Source: Pseudomonadota bacterium (GTDB lineage Bacteria; Chloroflexota; UBA5177). Taken from it: 64,000 bases of DNA. The stretch covers positions 228 to 64,227 of the forward strand of contig JAJPIP010000060.1 in assembly GCA_021324655.1 (NCBI GenBank), given 5' to 3'. Positions 29,993 to 39,188 of this stretch are shown here, one piece after another (position 1 is the first letter of the stretch; the number at the start of each line of letters is the position of its first letter). Under the pieces are notes generated by a model. The model ran no database searches. It was given only the letters and a program-made list of their open reading frames with translations, and had not been told where the DNA came from. Both the position numbers and the translations under genes were made by a program.

Positions 29993-30370
29993 ATGCGGGT
30001 CATGCTGGTGCTGGTGGGGGGCGGCATCGGATCCCTGGCGCGTTACCTCATTGCGCTCTGGACCGCCTCCGTCTTCGGCCCCTCTTTTCCCTGGGGCACC
30101 CTGACGGTCAATGTCACGGGCTCGTTCCTTATAGGAGTGCTGGCGACGGCGGCTGATGACTACGGCCTGATCGGATCCAATCTACGCGTCTTTCTGGTCA
30201 TCGGCATTCTCGGCGGCTTCACCCCCTTCTCCTCCTTCTCTCTGGAAACAGCGCGCCTCGCCGAGGGGAGGGAGATGATCCCCGTCGCGACGAATCTCGT
30301 GGCCAATCTCGTACTGGGATTGAGTGCCGTGTTTATCGGCATAGCGTGCGCGCGCATACTGGCACGGTAG
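29993..30370 (+). CDS. crcB: Fluoride ion channel CrcB/FluC
   Basis: 125 aa, 4 TM. GGGIGSLARY...FPWGTLTVNVTGSFLIG...GGFTPFSSF are CrcB hallmarks. Confidence 0.9.
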   Translation: MRVMLVLVGGGIGSLARYLIALWTASVFGPSFPWGTLTVNVTGSFLIGVLATAADDYGLIGSNLRVFLVIGILGGFTPFSSFSLETARLAEGREMIPVATNLVANLVLGLSAVFIGIACARILAR

Positions 30371-30472
30371 AGCAGCACGGGGGGATGAGGGTCACCCGCT
30401 GGTAGCTGACTTTTTACGCTTGCCAGCGCCCTCTTCACACGGTATGCTTGGCGCATTGTCGCGCACCGCCGG

Positions 30473-33400
30473 ATGAATCGCCACACTCTCGCCAGCTACG
30501 CTTGTGCCCTCCTGCTGACAGTGGGGGCGGTTCTGGCATGGCGCATCGTTGGCACGCGTCTCGATCCGACACCACTTCCGCTTTTCTTTGTCGCGGTTGC
30601 GCTCTCGGCGCTGATGGGTCTTGGTCCAACCATTGTGGCGAGTGTTTATACCGGTGGCGCGGCGACGGTGATCATGCTGGGCAGCATGCCCCTCGACGGC
30701 ACGAACGTCCTGGAAGTCGCCCTGAGGATTCTGTCCTACCTCCTGATGTGCACCCTCCTGATCTACGTCTTGATCCGGCGAGCGCATGCCGAGCGGCAAC
30801 ACGCTCGTCTGGCGCAGGAGCATGCCGGCGAAGCGCGCTTCCGCCTGCAATATCACGTGGCTCCGACGCCGATCATGATGTGGAAGCGTGCCGGGGATGA
30901 TTGGGTACTGGAAGACTACAACCCGGCAGCTGCTGAGCTGACCAAGAACGGCCTGACCCGCTGGATCGGGCGAACGGCGCGTGAGATGTACGCCACGCAT
31001 CCCGACATCCTGGAAGCCTTCTCGCAGTGCTGCGGGGAGAGCGGCGTTTTGCAGCGCGACCTGGCGTACAACCTGGTCACCACCGGGGAGTATCGCCATC
31101 TCGTCTCGACCTTCGCCGTCCTGCCGCCCGATCATCTGATGATCCACATGCAGGACATAACGGCACTGAAACAGGCGGAACACGGGCTTCGTGCGCAGGC
31201 GGATCGTATGGCAGCGATTGTCACCATCCAGCAAGAGGTGGAGCGGGCCGATCTTGAGCCCGATATCATTGCCGCGCTCATCGTCGAGCGGGCGCGGGCC
31301 GTGCTGCAGGCTGACGGAGCGGCTATTGCTGTGCGGGAGGGCGCCGAGATCGTCTTCACGCATGCCATCGGAGCGTCGGGGCCCCTCCTGGGGCGCCGGC
31401 AAGATATCGCATCCAGCATGGCGGGAAACACACTGCTCTCCGGTGCCACCCAGCGCTCGGGTGATATTCGGAGTGACACCCGCATCGATCCGGCTCTGCT
31501 CGACGCCACCGGCCTGCTCTCCCTCATGTGTGTTCCCCTCACCGGTAGCGGACCCGGCACGACGGTCCTGATCGTCGGATCCTGCAGTGCTGATGCCTTC
31601 TCGGATGACGACCAACACACGCTGGAGATTCTCGCCGGCTTCTTCGGCTCGGCGGTTGGTCATGCCGCGGATTACGCGGCCCGCCGTGCCGCCCTGGAGG
31701 CCCTGGGAGAGAGTGAGGAGCGCTACCGCCGGCTGGTCGAGCTCTCCCCCGACCCAATCGCCGTTCACGCCGGCAATAAGATCGTCTATGCCAACAGCGC
31801 CGCGGCGGAGTTGATGGGAGCGCTCAATCCGTCGGAACTGATCGGTCTGCCCGCTCTCGACATCGTCTATCCCGAGGATCGAGAACGAGCACGCGTCAGA
31901 ATCGCCGCCGTCCTGGAGACCGGCGGCTCCAACAAGCCGATGGAGGAGAGATTCATCCGCCTGGATGGGCGCGTCATCGACGTCGAGGTCGCCAGCGCGG
32001 CGATTGTCTATCGCGGCAAGCCGGCGCTGCAAACGGTGGTGCGTGATGTGACCGATCGCAAACGCGCCGAAGCGGCGAGACGGGCCAGCGAGTCCCGCTT
32101 CCGAACTCTCTTCTCCAGCGCGGCGATGGCCATCAATGTCGTGCGATCCGATGGACGCATCGTCGAGTGCAACCCCGCCTTCGCGCGGATGCTCGGCTAC
32201 CCGCAGCAGGAATTGAGCGCGCTCCTCATCGGTGACGTGACGCATCCGGAGGATCGTGAACGCGATCTCGCCTTGCATCAAGAGGTCGTCGCCGGGCGAC
32301 GCGATGAGTACGAGATGGAAAAGCGCTACCTGCGGAAAGACGGAACGCCGGTCTGGGTCCACCTCACGGTGTCCGGTCTTCCCGGGGAGGACGGCCGGAT
32401 CGAGCATACCATCGGGATCGCGGCCGACATCACCGAGCGGAAACGGACGCGGGACGCCCTTCTCCACCAGGCGCTACACGATGCGCTGACCGGACTGCCC
32501 AACCGTTCTCTCCTCCAGGACCGCCTGCAACAGGCGATCCTGACCGCGCGGCGTGAGGGTGAATCCGTGGCGCTACTTCTGATCGACCTGGATCGTTTCA
32601 AAGACGTCAACGATACGTATGGTCACCAGTACGGTGATCTGCTGTTGCAGCAAGCGGCCACGCGGCTCAAGACGTTGGTGCGTGAGTCCGACACGGTGGC
32701 CCGTCTCGGCGGCGATGAGTTCGCGATCATCCTACCGGCCAGCGATGCATCCGGGGCCGAGCGCATCGGTCACCGGGTGATCGCCGACCTGGGACGGCGC
32801 TTTGACCTGGAAGACCAGGTCGGGCAGGTGGGAGTGAGCATCGGCATTGCCGTCTTCCCGGCACACGGAGATGATGCGCGTACGCTCATCCAGCACGCCG
32901 ATGTCGCCATGTACGCCGCCAAACGCAGCCGCCGGGGACTGCAGCGTTACAACCCGGCCATGGACCGCAATCGTGCCCTCCGCCTCAGCCTGGCGAGCGA
33001 CCTCCACGATGCCATCGACAACTCCGACCTCGTCTTGCATTACCAACCGCAGATTGCTCTGGCGACGGGCAAGCCGGTCGGGCTGGAAGCTCTGGTGCGC
33101 TGGAAGCATCCGCAGCACGGCCTGGTGCCGCCCGATCAGTTCATTCCACTGGCCGAGGAGACCGGGCTCATCAACGCCCTCACGCGCTGGGTGCTGCGGG
33201 CCGCGGTGCACGACGTTCGATCTCTGTGTGAGCGCGGATTTGACCTGGCTCTCGCCGTCAACCTCTCACCGCGCGCCCTGCACGATCCACGGCTGCTCTC
33301 CTCGGTGCGGCGCCTTCTCGCCGTGGCTCCGCCCTCGTTCCGATTGGTTCTCGAGATTACAGAGAGCGCCATCATGGACGACCCCGAGCGCGCCGTGGCC

Positions 33401-33769
33401 ACCCTCAATCACCTGCACGGCTACGGAATCCGCCTGGCTGTCGACGATTTCGGCACCGGCTATTCTTCTCTCGGGTACCTCAAAGACTTGCCGCTGGACG
33501 AGATCAAGATCGATAAGTCTTTTGTCTGCGGGCGACTGGTCGACGCCGGGGACCGGGCAATTGTCCGGGCCATCACGGAACTGGGGCACACCCTGGGACT
33601 GCAGGTCGTGGCGGAAGGAGTCGAGGACGAGCGCTCTCTCCTTCTCCTCTCCGATCTCGGGTGCGACGTCGCCCAGGGATACTACTTCTCCCACCCCATG
33701 CCGTTTGCCGACGTCCTGGGCTGGCTCGACGAGCAGGGACTGAACGAGAGGCAAGACGCCGCCGTCTGA
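30473..33769 (+). CDS. Membrane-anchored multi-PAS/GAF-GGDEF-EAL signalling protein
   Basis: 1,098 aa. N-terminal TM helices and several PAS/GAF-like modules. RLGGDEFAIIL, EALVRWKHP and DDFGTGYSSLGYL are present. Confidence 0.9.
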   Translation: MNRHTLASYACALLLTVGAVLAWRIVGTRLDPTPLPLFFVAVALSALMGLGPTIVASVYTGGAATVIMLGSMPLDGTNVLEVALRILSYLLMCTLLIYVLIRRAHAERQHARLAQEHAGEARFRLQYHVAPTPIMMWKRAGDDWVLEDYNPAAAELTKNGLTRWIGRTAREMYATHPDILEAFSQCCGESGVLQRDLAYNLVTTGEYRHLVSTFAVLPPDHLMIHMQDITALKQAEHGLRAQADRMAAIVTIQQEVERADLEPDIIAALIVERARAVLQADGAAIAVREGAEIVFTHAIGASGPLLGRRQDIASSMAGNTLLSGATQRSGDIRSDTRIDPALLDATGLLSLMCVPLTGSGPGTTVLIVGSCSADAFSDDDQHTLEILAGFFGSAVGHAADYAARRAALEALGESEERYRRLVELSPDPIAVHAGNKIVYANSAAAELMGALNPSELIGLPALDIVYPEDRERARVRIAAVLETGGSNKPMEERFIRLDGRVIDVEVASAAIVYRGKPALQTVVRDVTDRKRAEAARRASESRFRTLFSSAAMAINVVRSDGRIVECNPAFARMLGYPQQELSALLIGDVTHPEDRERDLALHQEVVAGRRDEYEMEKRYLRKDGTPVWVHLTVSGLPGEDGRIEHTIGIAADITERKRTRDALLHQALHDALTGLPNRSLLQDRLQQAILTARREGESVALLLIDLDRFKDVNDTYGHQYGDLLLQQAATRLKTLVRESDTVARLGGDEFAIILPASDASGAERIGHRVIADLGRRFDLEDQVGQVGVSIGIAVFPAHGDDARTLIQHADVAMYAAKRSRRGLQRYNPAMDRNRALRLSLASDLHDAIDNSDLVLHYQPQIALATGKPVGLEALVRWKHPQHGLVPPDQFIPLAEETGLINALTRWVLRAAVHDVRSLCERGFDLALAVNLSPRALHDPRLLSSVRRLLAVAPPSFRLVLEITESAIMDDPERAVATLNHLHGYGIRLAVDDFGTGYSSLGYLKDLPLDEIKIDKSFVCGRLVDAGDRAIVRAITELGHTLGLQVVAEGVEDERSLLLLSDLGCDVAQGYYFSHPMPFADVLGWLDEQGLNERQDAAV

Positions 33770-33798
33770 CCGGTACACTGGGCCGCACACCCTGAGAC

Positions 33799-34446
33799 TT
33801 GCCGTCTCGTACCGTCTATGGACAACCGCCAGTGACCGATGATCAGAGCGCGTCGCCCGACCCGCCACGGCTGCGTCAGTGGCGGACCAACCCGCTCAAT
33901 CCGCACGAGCAGCTGATCTCCATCCATCCGGGTGAGGGCTTGATAGAAAAGGCGTTGCGCGAGGCGCAGGAGCGCGGGGATCTGGAGCACCTCAAGGGCA
34001 AGCCGCTCGACCTCGACGATGATCCCGATTGGCTGGTCATGCGGGTCCTCAAAGGAGCCGGCTTCTCCCATCCCTCTATCGAGCGCGCCCGTGAGTTGGC
34101 CGGCCGGCAGGGCGGAGCGGAAGAGAAGGTCACGAATCTGGCCCGGCGCCGGCGAGCGATGCTGGAGCGAGGATACTCCTCGGCGCAAGCCGAGGACTTC
34201 AACGCGCATCGTACCGAGGTCCTCGCCGCCTATCGGCAGGCGCTGGAGCAGGTCCGCGGCGAAACGCTGGCCTATAACCTCACCGTCCCCGACCGCCTTC
34301 AGCGTCGCCTGCCCAACGTCGTTGAGGCCATCTCCCGCGCCGAGGCGGAGATTCCTGCCCTATCGGTAGTCCCCGTCCCACTCGCGCCTCCTGCGCCTCG
34401 TTCACGAGGCTTCCGTGGCCTCAGATTCCGCCGGCGGCGCGAGTGA
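33799..34446 (+). CDS. DUF1992 (DnaJC28-like) domain protein
   Basis: GEGLIEKALREAQERGDLEHLKGKPLDLDDDPDW matches the DUF1992 core. The start is uncertain (TTG 33799 or GTG 33832). Confidence 0.65.
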   Translation: MPSRTVYGQPPVTDDQSASPDPPRLRQWRTNPLNPHEQLISIHPGEGLIEKALREAQERGDLEHLKGKPLDLDDDPDWLVMRVLKGAGFSHPSIERARELAGRQGGAEEKVTNLARRRRAMLERGYSSAQAEDFNAHRTEVLAAYRQALEQVRGETLAYNLTVPDRLQRRLPNVVEAISRAEAEIPALSVVPVPLAPPAPRSRGFRGLRFRRRRE

Positions 34447-35488
34447 GGTGCGGGCCACCCCCGCCGTCCGGGCCCGAGCCCTCGCCCGACGATGGGTGCT
34501 GGCCGAGGGCAGCCGAATACCCGGATTTCACGGCGCCTACCTCGCCGGCTCGATCAACTGGCTACCGGACGACGCCGTGCTCCCCGCCACCTCCGATCTC
34601 GACATCAACGTCGTCGTCACCGGCAATGCGCCCCTCAGGCGGGAGAAGCTCCTCTATCACGGCCTGCTGCTGGAGATCACCAGCCTCCCCTTCGAGCAGA
34701 TCCGCTCACCGGAGATGGTGCTCGGGCACTATCACCTGGCCGGTGGCTTCCGGCGGCCGAGTGTCCTCCTTGATCCCTCCGGTGATCTCACGGCACTGCA
34801 GCAGGCAGTTACCCGCGGCTACGCGCAGCGGGAGTGGGTGCGGCAGCGCTGTGACCATGCGCGGCGTGAGGCGCTGGCCGGGCTCGGCGACGTGACCAGT
34901 CCTGGCTCCTCCCCGGCGCAGGTCATGTCCTGGCTCTTCGCCACCGGCCGGTCGACACATGTGCTGCTCACTGCCGGTCTCCGGAACCCCACGGTCCGGA
35001 CGCGCTATGCCGCAGTCCGCGAGCTTCTGGCCGAGTATGGGCACCGGGAGTTCCACGACACACTCCTTGACCTGCTCGGCAGCCGACAGATGAGCCGGCG
35101 ACGGGTTGAGAGACATCTCACCGCGCTCGAGACGATCTTCGACGTCGCCAAAGACCGGAGCACGTCGTTCCCCTTCGCCTGTGACATCAGCGAGCTTGCC
35201 CGTCCCCTTGCCATTGACGGCAGCCGGGACCTCATTGCAAACGGGCTCTACCGCGAAGCCGTGTTCTGGATCGCCGTCACCCACCTGCGTTGCCGGCTGG
35301 TGCTGGCGGCCGAGCATCCGGCTTCGGTGCGACAATTCGACACCGACTACCGAGAGTTGCTGGACGATCTGGGCATCGCATCGCGCGGCGATCTCACCGT
35401 CCGCGAAGAACAGGTCAGAGACCAGATGGCACGCGTCTGGGAGGTCGCCGAGGCCATCATGGACGCCAATCCGGCCATTGAAGACTAG
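34415..35488 (+). CDS. Pol-beta-type nucleotidyltransferase-domain protein with a helical C-terminal domain
   Basis: AGS-x17-DLDINVVV fits the hG[GS]...D-h-D-h NTase motif. The function is unknown. The start is GTG 34415 or GTG 34448. The last 5 codons and the stop lie inside a 39-bp repeat. Confidence 0.55.
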   Translation: MASDSAGGASEVRATPAVRARALARRWVLAEGSRIPGFHGAYLAGSINWLPDDAVLPATSDLDINVVVTGNAPLRREKLLYHGLLLEITSLPFEQIRSPEMVLGHYHLAGGFRRPSVLLDPSGDLTALQQAVTRGYAQREWVRQRCDHARREALAGLGDVTSPGSSPAQVMSWLFATGRSTHVLLTAGLRNPTVRTRYAAVRELLAEYGHREFHDTLLDLLGSRQMSRRRVERHLTALETIFDVAKDRSTSFPFACDISELARPLAIDGSRDLIANGLYREAVFWIAVTHLRCRLVLAAEHPASVRQFDTDYRELLDDLGIASRGDLTVREEQVRDQMARVWEVAEAIMDANPAIED

Positions 35489-35509
35489 GAGAGTGTCATG
35501 GCCGCGAAG
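35471..35509 (+). repeat. Copy A of a 39-bp direct repeat spanning a stop codon, SD and start codon
   Basis: CCGGCCATTGAAGACTAGGAGAGTGTCATGGCCGCGAAG matches 37831-37869 at 35 of 39 positions. Confidence 0.85.
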
Positions 35510-35629
35510 GATGGTCTCCTGGGATTGGCACGAGGAGACGAGCGGAGGCACGGCGAGTGTGACGTGCCCGTATCGGGGCCGGCGGAGGATGCCGTCGGCT
35601 TCGTTCCGAGGGTCGTGATCGGCCGATGA
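35498..35629 (+). CDS. Possible 43-codon leader ORF created by repeat copy A, translationally coupled to the TPR gene
   Basis: ATG 35498 sits 6 nt after the duplicated GGAGA. The stop TGA 35627-35629 overlaps ATG 35626 of the TPR gene (ATGA). I see no similarity to anything I know beyond its first codons, which copy the map start. Confidence 0.3.
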   Translation: MAAKDGLLGLARGDERRHGECDVPVSGPAEDAVGFVPRVVIGR

Positions 35630-36672
35630 CGCCACGGCACCTGGGGATCGTGGTTCGCCAAGCGCTGGAGGGCATCGCTCGGCGACTACCTTTTCATGAT
35701 CATGCAGCGCGCCAATGCGCCTATGCACGTGCTCTGCTCGAACAGGGCCGCTACGAGGAAGCGCTGGAATTGTGTGAGCGAGTCGTCCGGGCTGCGCCCG
35801 CCTACTCCCGGGCCTGGTCCGCCACGGCAACCGTCCTCCGGCTACTGGAACGGTATGCCGACGCCGTGACGGCCGCCAACAGGGCCGTTTCCCTCGACCC
35901 GGACGAGGCACAGGGATGGATCGAGAAGGCCCGAGCGCTAGCGGCAGGAGGTCGGTCCCAGGAGGCACTGGTCGTCTGTGACGAGGCAGCGAAGCGCCTG
36001 CCCCACACTCCGGCGGTCTGGCTGGAAAGGGCCCGCACTCTCGGGACCCTCGAGAGGCACCACGATGCTCTGGCCGCCTGTGACGTTGCGATCGGCCTCG
36101 ACTCAGGGAACGCTCGAGCATGGTCCACGCGTGCGCACGTCCTGACCAGAGCGCGGCGCTATCAGGAGGCGCTGGCAGCGTGCGACCGCGCCCTCGACCT
36201 CCGCCCCGCCTTCGCGCCGACCTGGCATCGCAAGAGCAGCCTTCTGCAGCATCTCGGTCGGTACCAGGATGCGCTGGAAGCGTCGGAGCACGCCATCACA
36301 CTGGAGCCGGACAACGATGAAGGGTGGCGGCTTAAAGCAAAGGCGCTCTTCTCGCTGCACCGTCTCGACGAGGCGCTCGCGGCCGAGGATCGCGCGCTGG
36401 CTCTCGACGCGGGAGTCGCGGACACGTGGCGCTCCAGAGGGATCATCCTCCGTCATCTGGGGCGATTCGAGGAGGCCTTACAGGCCTGCGACCGAGCCCT
36501 TGAGCTGGCCCCCGGTCTGGTGGGGGCTCTGGTGGCCCGGGGGAAGGCGCTTCAGTCTCTGGAGCGCTTCGAGGAGGCTCTGGCGGCGTACGAGCTGGCC
36601 CTGGCCTCGCAGCCCGGCGACCCGGCCGCCCTTGCCGGCAGAGCTGAAACCCTGCGCCAGCTGGGACGGTAG
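35626..36672 (+). CDS. Tetratricopeptide-repeat (TPR) protein
   Basis: About nine 34-residue repeats of the form W..KA..L..LGRY.EAL.A.D.AL.L.P. Confidence 0.8.
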   Translation: MTPRHLGIVVRQALEGIARRLPFHDHAARQCAYARALLEQGRYEEALELCERVVRAAPAYSRAWSATATVLRLLERYADAVTAANRAVSLDPDEAQGWIEKARALAAGGRSQEALVVCDEAAKRLPHTPAVWLERARTLGTLERHHDALAACDVAIGLDSGNARAWSTRAHVLTRARRYQEALAACDRALDLRPAFAPTWHRKSSLLQHLGRYQDALEASEHAITLEPDNDEGWRLKAKALFSLHRLDEALAAEDRALALDAGVADTWRSRGIILRHLGRFEEALQACDRALELAPGLVGALVARGKALQSLERFEEALAAYELALASQPGDPAALAGRAETLRQLGR

Positions 36673-36860
36673 CCGCCGATCGGACTCCCTCCTGCCGTCG
36701 ATCTCCCGCACCCCGGCGGGGCCCCCCTCAGCACCCGCGAGACGGACTGAGACGACGTGCAGGGCCCCGGTGGTCTTTGCCTGTGTCGTCGGATCAGTCG
36801 CTGCATCCCGGCGAACGTCTGGCCGCCGGTGCACTCCCCGTCATCCCCATCCAGGGGATT

Positions 36861-37451
36861 TCATGACCCGAGCACGTCGCGCATCCGCTTCTGGACACGC
36901 TCCGCCAGCGTCGGTTCGTCGCGCACCGTGACGCTGCCACAGCAGACCATGCCTGTAAGGCGGATGATCGGCGCCCCGGGGGCAGGTGATCCCGTGAGGC
37001 TGACAGTGCGGCTGCCCATGCATGTGCTCACGTCGACGTCCACCTCCACACCGACCGGCACGACCACCTCGACGCTTCCCAGCATCACGTCGAGGTCGAT
37101 GGTCGACATGCGGGAGGAGATGGCGGCGTCTCGGAGGTCGAGCAGGCACGAGCCGAGCAGAGTACGGACGTGGAGACCCGCACCGAGCCGCCACCGACCT
37201 GTTCGCTTCACACTCCCCAGAATGGCCGTGGCGACCGAGGCGCGGTCACCCGAAATGACGGGAGCAATCGGAAGGTCTCCGACAAGCACGTCCAGATCGT
37301 TCCGTGTCCGGGCGTTGAGGGCGCCCTCAACGCGCTGCGCATACTCCTCCAGGGTAAGTCGGCCGTCCACACAGGCGGCTTGCAGTCGTCCCACTGCCGC
37401 CTCTCGCTCCTGGTCGGAGGCGCGGATGGCAGGCGCATCCTGATCGGCCAT
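36861..37451 (-). CDS. DUF1707 domain protein with a LiaF-like C-terminal domain
   Basis: IRASDQEREAAVGRLQAACVDGRLTLEEYAQRVEGALNARTRNDL is the DUF1707 motif. The start is the internal Met at 37451; the 129 upstream codons of the track ORF look non-coding. Confidence 0.75.
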   Translation of the reverse strand: MADQDAPAIRASDQEREAAVGRLQAACVDGRLTLEEYAQRVEGALNARTRNDLDVLVGDLPIAPVISGDRASVATAILGSVKRTGRWRLGAGLHVRTLLGSCLLDLRDAAISSRMSTIDLDVMLGSVEVVVPVGVEVDVDVSTCMGSRTVSLTGSPAPGAPIIRLTGMVCCGSVTVRDEPTLAERVQKRMRDVLGS

Positions 37452-37587
37452 CACGCCCCAGCTTAACTGCCGGCGGCGGTACGGTGTCCAAACCGAGCCA
37501 TCGGATTGTGTCTTTACAGGACGCGGTGCGGCAAAGATCCTCGACGCGCTGAGCTCCCGGCTGCGCGATGACAGGTAGCATACAGCG

Positions 37588-37848
37588 ATGGACACGTCAG
37601 GCGCTGCGGGCAAGCATCCCGAGACCTCGGTCGTGTGGTCGATGCCTCCGGTCATCAGACCCGACGAGCCCTTCGTGGCTGATGAGCGCGCCATGCTGGA
37701 CGGCTTCCTCGACCGGTCTCGGTCAGCACGTCTGGAGAGGTGCGTGGGGCTGATCGGCGAGCAGCTTGCACGCCAGGTGGCGCCACCGTCGAATCTCTCC
37801 TTGCTCGGCTTGATCCGGCACGTTACCGATCCCGCCATTGAAGATTAG
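37588..37848 (+). pseudogene. Truncated DinB/DUF664-family gene (N-terminal ~80 codons only)
   Basis: ERAMLDGFLDRSRSARLERCVGLIGEQLARQVAPPSNLSLLGLIRH matches the first helices of ~170-190 aa DinB-like proteins. The frame then enters repeat copy B and ends ...TDPAIED*, the same last 5 residues as the unrelated gene ending at 35488. Confidence 0.55.
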
Positions 37849-37869
37849 GAGAGTGTGATGGTCGCGAAG
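37831..37869 (+). repeat. Copy B of the 39-bp direct repeat (contains the SD and start of map)
   Basis: CCCGCCATTGAAGATTAGGAGAGTGTGATGGTCGCGAAG; see copy A. Confidence 0.85.
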
Positions 37870-38619
37870 ACGAAGCGGGATGTACAGGGCATGCGGCGCG
37901 CCAACCAGGTCACAGCGCGTCTACTCCGGGAATTGACGGTGCTGGCGCAGCCGGGGATGCGGACGCGGGATCTCGACAACCATGCGGTGCGCTACATCCA
38001 GCGCGCCGGTGGCGAGGCCGTCTTCCACACACAGAATCACTTCCCCGCGGCGATCAACACATCCGTCAACGACGAAGCCGTCCATGGTGTCCCGGGCGAT
38101 CGGGTCCTGCGTGCCGGCGACCTCCTGAAAATCGATTGCGGTATCAGACTCGACGGCTATTGCGGTGACACGACAGCCAGCGTGATCGTTGGCGATGGAA
38201 CGGAACCCCTCGTCGAGAGAGCGGCGGTCCTGGCGGGAGCACGGGATGCACTCGACGCCGGCATCGCGGCGGTTCGCGTTGGCGGGCGGGTCAGCGACAT
38301 CGGACACGCCATCGAGCGCGTGGCTCACCGCCGGGAATTGCGGGTCCTGCGCCAGTTCACCGGACACGGCATCGGGCACCGGTTGTGGGAGCAGCCCTCA
38401 ATCCCGGCCTTTGGTGCTCCCGGCACCGGCGCGGTGATCGTGGACGGCATGGTCTTCACCATCGAGCCCATCCTGACGTCCGGCGACGGCCGTGTGTATC
38501 TCGCCCCCGACGGCTGGACCGTTCGAACCGTGGACGGCGCCCCAGTGGCGCAGTTCGAGCATACGGTGATGGCAACCCGTGCCGGGCCCCGCATTCTGAG
38601 CGTCGTCTCGTCACGATGA
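37858..38619 (+). CDS. map: Type I methionine aminopeptidase
   Basis: Metal-ligand blocks LKIDCGIRLDGYCGD, GHGIGH, FTIEP and QFEHTV. ATG 37858 lies 6 nt after GGAGA. Confidence 0.9.
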   Translation: MVAKTKRDVQGMRRANQVTARLLRELTVLAQPGMRTRDLDNHAVRYIQRAGGEAVFHTQNHFPAAINTSVNDEAVHGVPGDRVLRAGDLLKIDCGIRLDGYCGDTTASVIVGDGTEPLVERAAVLAGARDALDAGIAAVRVGGRVSDIGHAIERVAHRRELRVLRQFTGHGIGHRLWEQPSIPAFGAPGTGAVIVDGMVFTIEPILTSGDGRVYLAPDGWTVRTVDGAPVAQFEHTVMATRAGPRILSVVSSR

Positions 38620-39185
38620 CCAAACGGGAAGTCGATCGTCTGAGCAAAGCTCTAGAGGTCGTGGACCGAGATGCCTTCTGCGTTGACGATCGCGGTGACC
38701 GGATTCCGCAAACGTCTGCCGAGCACATCGTTGCCGACATGCTCCGCCTTGTAGATGCCCAGCCAGGTAATCATGTGCTGGAGATCGGGACTGGTTCCGG
38801 CTACAGCACAGCTCTATTGGCGGAACTCGTGGAGATCGATGGGTCGGTGTGTAGTGTCGACGTGGATCCTGAGCTCGCGGATCGAACGAGCAGGTTGCTG
38901 GCACCGTACTCGCACGTCCACCTCCTAACTGCTGATGGGAGCGGCGGCTGGTTGCAGTATGCCCCCTACGACCGGGTCGTCGCGTGGTGCTCAGTGACGC
39001 ATATACCGGAGGCATGGTCTAGGCAGACGAGACCGGATGGAATCCTCGTCATACCGCTGCGGGGAGGAGCCCGCCCGCGCATCGTGCGTTACATCCGTCA
39101 CGCCGACGGACATCTCGAGCACGATGGCGAGATCGAGGGCGCCTTCATTCCGCTTACCGCCTCTCCCTTCCATCCCTGGGAGTAA
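38616..39185 (+). CDS. Protein-L-isoaspartate O-methyltransferase-like (PIMT/PCMT family) methyltransferase, short form (189 aa)
   Basis: VLEIGTGSGYSTALLAELV SAM motif I in a PCMT-like context (QTSAEHIVADMLRLV). ATG 38616 overlaps the map stop (ATGA). Confidence 0.7.
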   Translation: MTKREVDRLSKALEVVDRDAFCVDDRGDRIPQTSAEHIVADMLRLVDAQPGNHVLEIGTGSGYSTALLAELVEIDGSVCSVDVDPELADRTSRLLAPYSHVHLLTADGSGGWLQYAPYDRVVAWCSVTHIPEAWSRQTRPDGILVIPLRGGARPRIVRYIRHADGHLEHDGEIEGAFIPLTASPFHPWE

Positions 39186-39188
39186 GAA

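Noticed and set aside
30392-32467. 691-aa minus-strand ORF overlapping the PAS-GGDEF-EAL gene
   Set aside because: It is fully antisense to a gene with strong domain evidence. Its translation is Arg/Gly/Asp-rich with no recognisable motifs, which is the typical high-GC shadow ORF.
34706-36121. 471-aa minus-strand ORF across the NTase-like and TPR genes
   Set aside because: It is antisense to two plus-strand genes that have clear repeat or domain structure. Its composition is Arg/Pro/Gly-rich and I recognise no motifs.
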